Below, piece after piece: positions 9,704 to 20,042 of a DNA stretch of 26,362 bases. A program made the position numbers and the translations under genes. Below the pieces are notes generated by a model. The model was not told the DNA's origin. It saw only the letters and a list, made by a program, of their open reading frames with translations, and made no database searches. Numbering within the stretch: position 1 is the first letter of the stretch; each line of letters begins with the position of its first letter. Origin of the DNA: Gammaproteobacteria bacterium (GTDB taxonomy: Bacteria; Pseudomonadota; Gammaproteobacteria; SURF-13); assembly GCA_043731445.1 (NCBI GenBank), contig JAYTIZ010000055.1, positions 1 through 26,362 of the forward strand. Reading direction: 5' to 3'.

Positions 9704-9927
9704 GTGTTGTCCTGTGAATACGCTAATATGATTTCCGAAAGATGATGGTACAACGATTCAAGGCCGTTGTTAAATAAATGTTTCCTGTTGAATTAATAGC
9801 CTGGCGCTTAGACGAGACAGGCGGTCACTGGAATAAAGGGTTTACCGGATAATATTGCGGCCAGTGACACTTTTACATACACTTTGCTTTGTAGATGTAA
9901 GCGGTATTTGAATCAAAGGGGGTAGGA

Positions 9928-10275
9928 GTGAAGAGATTTTCACTGGTGCTGGTCATCTTGTGTATGGTTACGGTGCAGAGTTTCGCTGGCGACACCGTTA
10001 ATCTCAATACCGCCACACAGGCACAATTAGAAAGTCTTAACGGTGTTGGACCAAAAAAGGCGCAGGCCATTATTGAGTACCGCACTAAAAGCGGAAAATT
10101 TAAAACGGTTGATGAGCTCGATAATGTGCCCGGCTTTGGTGCGAAGACTGTGGCGAAGCTGCGGCCTTCCATAACCGTGGGCGGCGAAGTGTCGGCTAAA
10201 CAGGTTGGACCGTCGACCATTCCTGATGTGACAGATAAACCTCCCATAGCCACTATTGAATGGGAGAAGCCATAA
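9928..10275 (+). CDS. comEA: ComEA-family helix-hairpin-helix DNA-binding protein
   Basis: Signal peptide, then VNLNTATQAQLESLNGVGPKKAQAIIEYR...GKFKTVDELDNVPGFGAKTVAKL (two HhH motifs). Confidence 0.92.
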   Translation: MKRFSLVLVILCMVTVQSFAGDTVNLNTATQAQLESLNGVGPKKAQAIIEYRTKSGKFKTVDELDNVPGFGAKTVAKLRPSITVGGEVSAKQVGPSTIPDVTDKPPIATIEWEKP

Positions 10276-10284
10276 ACGGTGATG

Positions 10285-11184
10285 TTAAGCTAACTTTAAC
10301 TGTTCCCGCGTCAGCAAAAATACCCCACCCCCCCCGCGTTCAAATTCCAGCCAAGTGAACGGTAGCTTCGGGTAAGCCTCGCTCAGAGCCACTTCGCTAT
10401 TACCTACTTCGACAATAAGTACCCCGCCAGGATTCAGATGCTCATAAGCATGTTCTAAAATACCGCGCGCAAACAACAGCCCATCCTGTCCGGCGGCAAG
10501 CCCTAGTCTGGGTTCATGATGAAACTCCTCCGGCAAAGCCGCCATGTCTGCCGCATCTACATAAGGGGGGTTGCTGACGATGAGATCATATTTTTTGTTT
10601 GGCAAGGCTTTAAATAAATCCGATTGAATGGCATGGACACGCTGAGCCAACCTATACTTTTCGATGTTGATAGTTGCTACAGCCAGCGCATCGGCTGAAA
10701 TATCTGTGGCATCGACCTCGGCTTCAGGAAAGGCGAGGGCGCAGGCGATAGCAATACAGCCGCTACCGGTGCATAGATCAAGGATAGAATGTATATTTTC
10801 AGGATTAACCCAAGGCTCAAATCCTCGTTCGATCAACTCAGCTATTGGCGAACGGGGCACCAGCACACGCTCATCTACATAGAAACGTAAGCCTGCAAAC
10901 CAGGCTTCGTGATTTAAGTAGGCCGCGGGCCTGCGTTCTTGCACACGGCGCAGGAGTAGATCAGTTAACTCCCGTTTTTCGGTTTCGCCAAGAAGGCTAT
11001 CAAGTAGTTTGTCTGATACATCATGTGGCAGATGCAGGGTATGCAGCACCAGCCAGGCCGCTTCGTCCAAGGCATTGTCGGTCCCATGTCCGAAATAGAT
11101 GTCAGCGTTTTCGAAAAGCTGAGTACCCCAGCGAATAAAATCGCGTGCGGTTAGGAGTGCAGCAGCTTGGTCATGGGAAGACAT
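10285..11184 (-). CDS. prmB: 50S ribosomal protein L3 N5-glutamine methyltransferase
   Basis: [55 protein letters not shown]. Confidence 0.96.
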   Translation of the reverse strand: MSSHDQAAALLTARDFIRWGTQLFENADIYFGHGTDNALDEAAWLVLHTLHLPHDVSDKLLDSLLGETEKRELTDLLLRRVQERRPAAYLNHEAWFAGLRFYVDERVLVPRSPIAELIERGFEPWVNPENIHSILDLCTGSGCIAIACALAFPEAEVDATDISADALAVATINIEKYRLAQRVHAIQSDLFKALPNKKYDLIVSNPPYVDAADMAALPEEFHHEPRLGLAAGQDGLLFARGILEHAYEHLNPGGVLIVEVGNSEVALSEAYPKLPFTWLEFERGGGGVFLLTREQLKLA

Positions 11185-11259
11185 TACTAGAGTATCTCAC
11201 ACTTGATATGAGGAGCAGCTGACGGACACAGTCCATTAGATGTCCGATCAATGGAAGAG

Positions 11260-11997
11260 CTAGAGATCATTCGGATATATGAACTCGACCTTGTTTCTTC
11301 CGGCATGAAACACCCAGATACGCCGAAACGGCAACGGCCTAGATTGGATGGCCAAGAATTTTTCTAGGTTTGAAATCCAGACTTCGTTGGGAAACATTGG
11401 ATTCTTCTCAATGTGGGCGAGAAGCTCAATAGGATGTATTGTCTCGTAGACCTTCATAAACTTTTTGCTAATCGCTAGGACTGTGGGATCACAGACGTAG
11501 CCAACTGATTCCGGATCAAATATGGGCCCAACGAATCGGCCACGCTCGATGGATACACCGTTGATGGCATCTTGAAGTGCTGTATCGCTTTCAAAGGCAT
11601 CGCCGGTGAAGTCATTGGGGAGTATAAGCAGCTGAGCGAAGATTTTTTTGAATGCTGCCAGACGCCGCTTGAAGGTGAGCGAGGGAATAAAGCGAAAGTA
11701 CAGCAGGGCATTCCCATACTTCTTGTCGAACAGGCTCCTCTCCAATTCCGGTAGAGCCTCGTAGTGGGTGTACAGAGCAGCCTTGGTTTCAATCTGTAAT
11801 CCGAGGCTGCCTGCATATTTTTCGTCGATAAGTTCGACCAATTCAAACGCAGTGAAGGTGCCGCTTGCGTCCTGAAATAGAATATCCGGCTCTGGTTGTT
11901 TCCGCTTCTCTGCCAAAGTGTGTGGGGTAGAAAGGCCTGCCGCCACTGTGAACAAGTGGAAGACTTCAAGCTCGGAATTAACGCGTTCTCTGCCCAT
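11260..11997 (-). CDS. Hypothetical protein, possible PD-(D/E)XK-fold nuclease
   Basis: 245-aa ORF between leuA and prmB. N-terminal E...EPDILF...AFELVE pattern. AT-richer than neighbours. Confidence 0.7.
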   Translation of the reverse strand: MGRERVNSELEVFHLFTVAAGLSTPHTLAEKRKQPEPDILFQDASGTFTAFELVELIDEKYAGSLGLQIETKAALYTHYEALPELERSLFDKKYGNALLYFRFIPSLTFKRRLAAFKKIFAQLLILPNDFTGDAFESDTALQDAINGVSIERGRFVGPIFDPESVGYVCDPTVLAISKKFMKVYETIHPIELLAHIEKNPMFPNEVWISNLEKFLAIQSRPLPFRRIWVFHAGRNKVEFIYPNDL

Positions 11998-12037
11998 GCT
12001 CCCTAGCAGGTATTAAACGACACAAAAATAATGGATG

Positions 12038-13588
12038 TCATATCGGCTGCGCAACGGCTTGGGGATGCGCTCGCGTAGCAGGTTGCATGATTTTATTCAT
12101 GGCATTGATGTAGGCCTTAGCGGAAGCTATGACGATATCGGTATCCGCACCTTGTCCGTTGACAATGCGTCCGCTTTTTTCAACCCGCACCGTCACTTCA
12201 CCCTGTGCATCGGTACCGCTGGTAATATTATTCACCGAGTAGAGCTGTAACACGCTACCGCTACCAATAATGGCCTCGATAGCCTTGAAGGCGGCATCCA
12301 CCGGGCCGCTGCCAAGCGCTGTGGAGTGCTTTTCCACACCCTCTACCCACAAGGAAAGTGTGGCCTGAGGTGTCTCGCCAGTTTCGGAAACGGCCTTGAG
12401 TGCGATGAGTTTGATGTGCTCATTCTCGGCAGCAAGATTGGCGTCGGTGACCAAGGACTGCAAGTCTTCGTCGTAGATATCATGTTTTTTATCAGCTAAT
12501 TCTTTAAAACGATTAAAGGCTGCATTGAGTTCTTCTTCCGAGTTAAACGTAACCCCCAATTCCTGCATGCGGGTACGAAAGGCGTTACGCCCGGAGTGTT
12601 TGCCCATCACCATGCGGTTGGCTGACCAGCCCACGTCTTGCGCACGCATGATCTCGTAGGTCTCACGGTTTTTGAGTACACCGTCTTGATGGATGCCTGC
12701 TTCATGGGCAAAGGCATTGGCACCGACGATGGCCTTGTTGGGCTGCACGGCAAAACCGGTGATGCTGGACACAAGGCGTGAACAGGCGACGATCTGCGTC
12801 GTGTCGAGGTCCACGTTGCACGAAAATACATCGCGCCGTGTGCGCACGGCCATCACGATTTCTTCCATCGCCGCATTACCAGCACGCTCACCCAAGCCGT
12901 TGATGGTGCATTCCACCTGGCGCGCCCCATTCAATACCGCAGCGAGCGAGTTGGATACCGCCAAGCCAAGGTCATTGTGGCAGTGCACGGAAAATATGGC
13001 CTTGTCGGCATTAGGAACGCGTTCGCGTAATTTTCGGATCATCTCGCCGAATTGGTGCGGCATGCTGTAACCGACGGTATCCGGAATATTAACCGTGCGT
13101 GCACCGGCTGCAATGACTGCCTCCAGGATGCGGCATAAAAATTCGAATTCGGAGCGTCCGGCATCTTCCGGAGAGAATTCCACGTCATCCGTATATTGCC
13201 GCGCGTGTTTTACAGCTTTGACCGCCTGCGCCAATACTTGATCCGGCTGCATCTTGAGTTTCATCTGCATGTGGATGGGGGAGGTAGCGATGAAAGTGTG
13301 AATGCGTCCGGAATTCGCGCCTTTCAAGGCTTCACCGGCACGGTCTATGTCTTTCTCTAAGGCGCGCGCCAAGGCGCATACGGTGCTGTCTTTTACAACG
13401 TTGGCAACGGCCTGCACGGCCTCGAAATCACCAGGGCTGGCGATAGGGAAACCTGCTTCAATCACGTCCACATGCATGCGCTCAAGTGCCTTGGCGATGC
13501 GGATTTTTTCGTCACGGGTCATTGAGGCGCCGGGGCTTTGCTCGCCGTCGCGCAAGGTGGTATCAAAAATAATTAATTTGTCGCTCAT
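12038..13588 (-). CDS. leuA: 2-isopropylmalate synthase
   Basis: [39 protein letters not shown]-terminal regulatory domain (GSGPVDA, SAKAY). The ATG at 13588 has GGAG upstream. Confidence 0.97.
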   Translation of the reverse strand: MSDKLIIFDTTLRDGEQSPGASMTRDEKIRIAKALERMHVDVIEAGFPIASPGDFEAVQAVANVVKDSTVCALARALEKDIDRAGEALKGANSGRIHTFIATSPIHMQMKLKMQPDQVLAQAVKAVKHARQYTDDVEFSPEDAGRSEFEFLCRILEAVIAAGARTVNIPDTVGYSMPHQFGEMIRKLRERVPNADKAIFSVHCHNDLGLAVSNSLAAVLNGARQVECTINGLGERAGNAAMEEIVMAVRTRRDVFSCNVDLDTTQIVACSRLVSSITGFAVQPNKAIVGANAFAHEAGIHQDGVLKNRETYEIMRAQDVGWSANRMVMGKHSGRNAFRTRMQELGVTFNSEEELNAAFNRFKELADKKHDIYDEDLQSLVTDANLAAENEHIKLIALKAVSETGETPQATLSLWVEGVEKHSTALGSGPVDAAFKAIEAIIGSGSVLQLYSVNNITSGTDAQGEVTVRVEKSGRIVNGQGADTDIVIASAKAYINAMNKIMQPATRAHPQAVAQPI

Positions 13589-13705
13589 GTTCTGCTCCAT
13601 TACTGCGTATCAGGATAACTGAAGCACAGGAAACTATGCCAGTATGGTGCTTCAGATTTGGTTTTGCGTGGTTGAGTCCTCGCCAGGACAGGATAGCTGT
13701 ATGCC
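13589..13705 (-). promoter_or_regulatory. Structured leuA leader downstream of the leader peptide
   Basis: Minus strand GTCCT-GGCG-AGGAC hairpin (13676-13689) and a 9-bp inverted repeat CTGAAGCAC/GTGCTTCAG (13619-13655). No U-tract follows. Confidence 0.5.
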
Positions 13706-13792
13706 CTAAGGCAGCAGCAGTCGCAGAGACAGAAGGAGCTGGAGCGGGGCGCACAAGACCACCTGCCTGCTGGAGGCAAGAGAGTGATTCAT
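13706..13792 (-). CDS. Leu-rich leader peptide of leuA (putative attenuator peptide)
   Basis: MNHSLASSRQVVLCAPLQLLLSLRLLLP*: 10 Leu in 28 codons, 8 of them in the last 12. Ends 117 nt before the leuA ATG. An alternative in-frame ATG lies at 13813. Confidence 0.8.
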   Translation of the reverse strand: MNHSLASSRQVVLCAPLQLLLSLRLLLP

Positions 13793-13881
13793 GGTGTGGT
13801 CTGCGTAGTGCATGGTGATTAATGAAGTGTAGACAGGTATCAACTATAAACTCGCGCTGGGAATATTGCAAGAATCACACG

Positions 13882-14694
13882 TTAGCTGGGATTTTTCGGA
13901 GGTGCACCCATTTCTTCCTGAGTCTTGCGGAGCAGCCGTTTTTTACGCAGTTGCATAAAGTTCAGCACAGGTCCGGATAAGGCATAGAGCAGGAATACGG
14001 CAAATAATACTTTGGATGGATCGCTAAAAATAAGCACGAACACCAGTACCAGGACGAGCAAGGTGACAAACGGCACCTTACCCTTAAGATCCAGTTCCTT
14101 GAAGCTGTGGTAGCGGATTTTGCTCACCATCAGCAAACCTGCCAGCACCGTGAGGAGTAGGGCGGGCAGTATTACGCTGGACCCTTTATACCCGTTGTCA
14201 ATGCCTACCCAGACCATGCCCGCAACAATGGCTGCAGCGGAAGGGCTAGGCAAGCCTTGAAAATAACGCTTATCAGCACTGCCAACTTGTGTATTGAAAC
14301 GCGCCAGACGCAGCGCGGCGGCGGCGGCATAAATAAACGCTGCGAGCCAGCCGATTTTGCCCATGCTGGATAGCCCCCACACGTAGACGACCAGGGCGGG
14401 CGCGAGTCCGAATGAAACTAGATCAGCCATGCTGTCGTACTCGGCGCCGAAATCGCTTTCGGTATTGGTGAGGCGTGCCACGCGGCCGTCTATGCTGTCC
14501 ATAATCATGGCAATGAAAATGGCGATGGCGGCCGCTTCGAAGCGGTAGTTTATCGCTGCTACGATGGCATAGAAGCCTGCGAACAAACCTGCGGTGGTAA
14601 ACAGGTTGGGCAAGAGATAAATGCCTCGGCGGCGTTTCGAGGGGAGGCCTTCCTCGGACGCACTATCACCATCATCAGGATCAATGTCGTACAT
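13882..14694 (-). CDS. pssA: CDP-diacylglycerol-serine O-phosphatidyltransferase
   Basis: GIYLLPNLFT, DSIDGRVAR...SDFGAEYDSMADLVSFG (CDP-alcohol phosphotransferase motif), LRLARFN, FQGLPSP. Confidence 0.95.
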   Translation of the reverse strand: MYDIDPDDGDSASEEGLPSKRRRGIYLLPNLFTTAGLFAGFYAIVAAINYRFEAAAIAIFIAMIMDSIDGRVARLTNTESDFGAEYDSMADLVSFGLAPALVVYVWGLSSMGKIGWLAAFIYAAAAALRLARFNTQVGSADKRYFQGLPSPSAAAIVAGMVWVGIDNGYKGSSVILPALLLTVLAGLLMVSKIRYHSFKELDLKGKVPFVTLLVLVLVFVLIFSDPSKVLFAVFLLYALSGPVLNFMQLRKKRLLRKTQEEMGAPPKNPS

Positions 14695-14766
14695 GAGATT
14701 CTTCGACCGTCCCTCGAAATGCTACGCCGCAGTAACGCAGAGTTGATAAATGCCTAGCAAGAGTAA

Positions 14767-16283
<1,517 letters not shown>

Positions 16284-17996
16284 CTAGGCCAACTCTCTTT
16301 CAGGTGACAGATGCATCTCATGGTGACCTTTGCCCGCTTCGATCATGGGATACACATTTTCCGTCTGATCGGTGATGAAGTCCATAAACACCAGGCGGTC
16401 TTTCAGCTTCAAAGCCTCTTTCAGTGCGCCCTCGACATCCGCAGGTTTGTCTATCTGCATACCCACGTGACCAAAGCTCTCGGCCAGTTTTACAAAGTCG
16501 GGCAGGGCTTCCATATAAGAATGCGAATAACGGCTCTTGTAGAAAAACTCTTGCCATTGCCGCACCATGCCCATGTAGCGATTATTCAGGTTGATGATCT
16601 TGATCGGCAGGTTATATTGCTTGCAGGTGGAAAGCTCCTGAATGCACATGATGATGCTCGCTTCGCCGGTGACGCAAGCGACCATGGCATCAGGATGCGC
16701 GAGTTGCACGCCCACGGCGGCCGGCAGCCCGAAACCCATCGTGCCCAAACCGCCAGAGTTGATCCAGCGCCGCGGCTTGTTGAATTTATAAAATTGCGCT
16801 GCCCACATCTGGTGCTGACCAACATCGGAAGTGACAAACGCTTCGCCGTGGGTCAACTCGTAGAGTTTTTCCAGCACAAACTGCGGCTTGATGAGCGCGC
16901 TGTGGTGGTCATATTTAAGACAGTCACGCGCGCGCCAGTCATCAATCTGTTGCCACCACGTTTTGAGCGCAGCCTGATCAGGTTGTTTCTTGCTGGCTTT
17001 GATGAGCCGGATCATCTCGCGCAACACATTGTTCACCGAGCCGACGATGGGCACATCCACGCGGATACTTTTTGAAATCGAGGCCGGATCAATATCAATA
17101 TGAATTTTCTTGGAGTGCGGTGAGAACAGCGCAGGGTTACCCACCACGCGGTCATCAAAGCGTGCGCCGATGGCAAGCAGCACATCGCAGTCATGCATGG
17201 CCATATTGGCTTCATACGTACCGTGCATACCCAGCATGCCGATAAACTGTTTGTCCGTCGCCGGGTATCCGCCGAGACCCATCAGCGTGTTGGTGATCGG
17301 GTAACCGAGCAGACGCGTGAATTCGGTTAGCGTCTCGGATGCTTCCCCCAGGATGACGCCACCACCGGTATACAGTATCGGACGCTGCGCGCTGAGCAAG
17401 AGCTCGACGGCCCGTTTGATCTGTCCGGGATGCCCGTCCAGCACAGGGTTATAGGAACGCAGGCTCACCGTTTCGGGGTAGTGGTATTCCGCTTTATTGG
17501 CCGTAACATCCTTGGGCACGTCCACCACGACCGGGCCGGGGCGTCCGGTGGTGGCAATGTAGAAGGCCTTTTTGATTGTTACAGCGAGATCTTTTACGTC
17601 CTTGACCAGGAAATTGTGCTTCACACAGGGGCGGGTGATACCGACCGAATCCACTTCCTGGAAGGCATCACTGCCGATTGCCTTAGTGCTGACCTGACCG
17701 GTGATGATGACGATAGGAATGGAATCCATATAGGCCGTCGCAATGCCGGTGACAGCATTCGTGGCACCCGGGCCGGAGGTGACTAATACCACGCCAGGCT
17801 TACCGGTGGAGCGCGCATAGCCGTCCGCCGCGTGGCTGGCACCCTGTTCGTGCCGCACGAGGATATGCTTCACATCCTCCTGCTTATAAAGCGCGTCATA
17901 GATGTGCAGCACCGCGCCGCCGGGGTAGCCAAACACAAACTCGACGCCCTCATCCTTCAAGCAGCGAATGAGTATCTCGGCACCGGTCAATTCCAC
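16284..17996 (-). CDS. ilvI: Acetolactate synthase large subunit
   Basis: FGYPGGAVL, VRHEQGA, TSGPGATN, DVGQHQMW, SGGLGTMGFGLPAA, GMVRQWQ. GTG at 17996 preferred (AGGAG 6 nt upstream). The stop directly abuts the ilvH ATG. Confidence 0.97.
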   Translation of the reverse strand: MELTGAEILIRCLKDEGVEFVFGYPGGAVLHIYDALYKQEDVKHILVRHEQGASHAADGYARSTGKPGVVLVTSGPGATNAVTGIATAYMDSIPIVIITGQVSTKAIGSDAFQEVDSVGITRPCVKHNFLVKDVKDLAVTIKKAFYIATTGRPGPVVVDVPKDVTANKAEYHYPETVSLRSYNPVLDGHPGQIKRAVELLLSAQRPILYTGGGVILGEASETLTEFTRLLGYPITNTLMGLGGYPATDKQFIGMLGMHGTYEANMAMHDCDVLLAIGARFDDRVVGNPALFSPHSKKIHIDIDPASISKSIRVDVPIVGSVNNVLREMIRLIKASKKQPDQAALKTWWQQIDDWRARDCLKYDHHSALIKPQFVLEKLYELTHGEAFVTSDVGQHQMWAAQFYKFNKPRRWINSGGLGTMGFGLPAAVGVQLAHPDAMVACVTGEASIIMCIQELSTCKQYNLPIKIINLNNRYMGMVRQWQEFFYKSRYSHSYMEALPDFVKLAESFGHVGMQIDKPADVEGALKEALKLKDRLVFMDFITDQTENVYPMIEAGKGHHEMHLSPERELA

Positions 17997-18028
17997 GTTC
18001 AACTCCTAGTTTTAATAAATTAAATGCC

Positions 18029-18057
18029 AAACTACTTAAGATGACTGATAAGGTCAA
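18029..18057 (-). promoter_or_regulatory. Putative sigma70 promoter of ilvIHC
   Basis: Minus strand TTGACC-N17-TAGTTT, ending about 32 nt before the ilvI start. Confidence 0.55.
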
Positions 18058-18110
18058 GAGATGCAATAGAAAAGCGGCTTTAGAACTAAAAATTGCTTGT
18101 TTGGCAGGTT

Positions 18111-18190
18111 GTCATTCCCGCGCACGCGGGAATCCAGAGGGGTAACATGTGGTAATGCTAAGGCTAGATTCCCGCGTGCGCGGGAATGAC
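18111..18190. repeat. Paired REP/dRS3-like palindromic element
   Basis: GTCATTCCCGCGCACGCGGGAATCCAG (18111-18137) and its inverse (18164-18190) with 1 mismatch in 27 nt, around a 26-nt spacer. Each arm is ATTCCC-N8-GGGAAT. Confidence 0.88.
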
Positions 18191-18193
18191 GGC

Positions 18194-18988
18194 TTACTTA
18201 AGATTGACTGCCAGAAATTCCTGTGTCACCTGCCAGGCGTCTTGGGCGGCGGCGCTGTTGTAGGAAGGAGCGGAAGGGTTGGCAAAGGCATGGTCGGCAT
18301 CGTAATTATGCACATCCAGAGACTTGCCCGCGTCTTTCATGGCCTGCTCAAACGCGCTGACTTTATCGGGGCTGATCCATTTGTCACGCGTGGCGAAAAT
18401 TCCCAGCACCGGGCCGTTCAAAGTTTTCAGCGTGGGTACGTCCGTTACCATCAATCCGTAATAGATTACTGTGGCGGATACTGCGCTGGGGTCCGTCAGC
18501 GTTGCCTGTAAGGATTCTCCGCCACCAAAACACCAGCCCAGCGTGGCGAGCTTGCGACCAGGAGCTTTGAGCGAGGCGAGTGCAGCTTTCAGTTTTGCAT
18601 TAGCCTGGGTTTGGTCTACTTCTCCCATGAGCTTGCCGGCCATGGCCGCATCACTGGTGACCTTGTCACCGTACAGATCAATGGCGAGAGCACGATAGCC
18701 TTGCTTGGCAAGTATATCTGCCTGACCTCGAATATGATCGTTAAGACCCCACCATTCATGAACAATCAGCACTGCGGCTTTAGCGTCTTCAGGGCCTGAG
18801 ACGTAAGCCTTAAAATTCTTGCCATCGGCAGTTTTAAGATCGACGGTTTGGCCTGTCAGATTCTGTGGCATCGTTTCGTTAAACGGATGATCTTTGGCTT
18901 GCGGATGGCTATGTTCCATCTCTGCAGCATAGGAGTGAGTGAGGGGCAAGCAGCAAAAAGCAATAGCGGTCAAGTTCAGGTAACGCAT
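18194..18988 (-). CDS. Dienelactone hydrolase family protein with signal peptide
   Basis: IVHEWWGLNDHI, GWCFGG (Cys nucleophile), YYG, RDKWI, ADHAFANPS. Hydrophobic N-terminus ending SYA-A. Confidence 0.9.
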   Translation of the reverse strand: MRYLNLTAIAFCCLPLTHSYAAEMEHSHPQAKDHPFNETMPQNLTGQTVDLKTADGKNFKAYVSGPEDAKAAVLIVHEWWGLNDHIRGQADILAKQGYRALAIDLYGDKVTSDAAMAGKLMGEVDQTQANAKLKAALASLKAPGRKLATLGWCFGGGESLQATLTDPSAVSATVIYYGLMVTDVPTLKTLNGPVLGIFATRDKWISPDKVSAFEQAMKDAGKSLDVHNYDADHAFANPSAPSYNSAAAQDAWQVTQEFLAVNLK

Positions 18989-19016
18989 CGTTACTCTCCT
19001 AAATAGTTCTAAGAAG

Positions 19017-19661
19017 TTATAAACCGCTCTTTTTCCAATCGGCGAGAAATTGCTCTAAGCCAATGGTGGTGAGCGGGTGTTTATACATTTGCTCCAGCAC
19101 CTTAAACGGTATCGTTACCACGTCCGCCCCCATGCGCGCTGCTTCTAATATATGAGTAGGGTGACGCACCGACGCCACGAGCACTTCAGTCGTCCAGTCA
19201 TAGTTACTGTAGATATCTACGATCTCGGCGATCAATCCCATGCCGTGTTCGCCCACGTCGTCCAGCCGTCCGACAAAGGGTGAGATGAACGAGGCGCCAG
19301 CCTTGGCGGCGAGAATTGCCTGGGCCGCAGAAAAACATAAGGTGACGTTTACCATGGTGCCTTCGTCGGAAAGCGTGCGACAGGCGCGTAGCCCGTCTGG
19401 GGTGAGCGGTACTTTTACGGTGACGTTCGGCGCGATTTTGGCCAGTACGCGCCCTTGCGTGATCATTCCCGTGTAGTCTAGGGCAGTAACCTCGGCGCTG
19501 ACCGGGCCTTGCACGATCTCGCAAATTCGGGCGATGTGTTCGTGGAAGCTGATACCTTCCTTGCCGATCAAACTCGGGTTAGTCGTTACGCCATCCACCA
19601 TGCCCAGTTCAACACCTTTGCGAATGTCGTCCAGGTGAGCGGTATCAAGAAAAAATTTCAT
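19017..19661 (-). CDS. tal: Transaldolase, short (FSA-like, about 215 aa) family
   Basis: [27 protein letters not shown] (Schiff-base Lys), [26 protein letters not shown]. Confidence 0.92.
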   Translation of the reverse strand: MKFFLDTAHLDDIRKGVELGMVDGVTTNPSLIGKEGISFHEHIARICEIVQGPVSAEVTALDYTGMITQGRVLAKIAPNVTVKVPLTPDGLRACRTLSDEGTMVNVTLCFSAAQAILAAKAGASFISPFVGRLDDVGEHGMGLIAEIVDIYSNYDWTTEVLVASVRHPTHILEAARMGADVVTIPFKVLEQMYKHPLTTIGLEQFLADWKKSGL

Positions 19662-19708
19662 GTGTGTCTCCGATGATTATTTCCTCTCCCGCTAGAGCGA
19701 GAGCAGGT

Positions 19709-20029
19709 TCAATCCCAACGATCGTCTTTAACCTGAATGACATCGCCTTCGACGCGGACAGGAAATGTGGCGACCGGCTCAAACGCCGGGGGGCTCAGCG
19801 CCTCGCCGGTTTTGATGCAAAAATGTGCACCGTGACGCGGGCAGATAATTTCGCCATCTTCAACTCCACCACCTGTTAGTACACCGCCATCGTGAGAACA
19901 GATATTCTCGAGTGCGTAATAGGCACCGTCCAGATTGAACACCACGATCTGCGCACCGTCTACGTCTACAATCTTGCGTTCGCCCGGCATAAGCTCTCCG
20001 GCTTTCGCGACATATATCCACTCGGCCAT
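19709..20029 (-). CDS. Rieske [2Fe-2S] ferredoxin (dioxygenase-ferredoxin-like)
   Basis: CSH...CPRH ligands. Start reset to MAEWIYV at 20029 (GAGGA upstream). The track's longer version overlaps nfu. Confidence 0.92.
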   Translation of the reverse strand: MAEWIYVAKAGELMPGERKIVDVDGAQIVVFNLDGAYYALENICSHDGGVLTGGGVEDGEIICPRHGAHFCIKTGEALSPPAFEPVATFPVRVEGDVIQVKDDRWD

Positions 20030-20042
20030 GCTTTCCTCTTTT

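Noticed and set aside
9864-9879. CRP/CRP-S site upstream of comEA (AGTGA-N6-TACAT)
   Set aside because: The second half-site is too degenerate.
13619-13655. Intrinsic terminator in the leuA leader
   Set aside because: The 9-bp stem has a 19-nt loop and no U-tract, so it is not called a terminator.
13563-13871. 102-aa minus ORF and 60-aa plus ORF (13636-13818) in the leuA leader
   Set aside because: No motifs or RBS. The Leu-rich 28-codon ORF in another frame explains the region better.
16311-17075. 254-aa plus-strand ORF and other long antisense ORFs over ilv, glc and suf genes
   Set aside because: Typical antisense shadows of GC3-rich genes.
18111-18190. Mini CRISPR array (repeat-spacer-repeat)
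   Set aside because: The arms are inverted rather than direct, there are only two, and no cas genes are present.
18149-18511. 120-aa plus ORF starting MVMLRLDSRVRGNDG
   Set aside because: LDSRVRGND is just the translation of the repeat arm, and the rest is antisense to the DLH gene.
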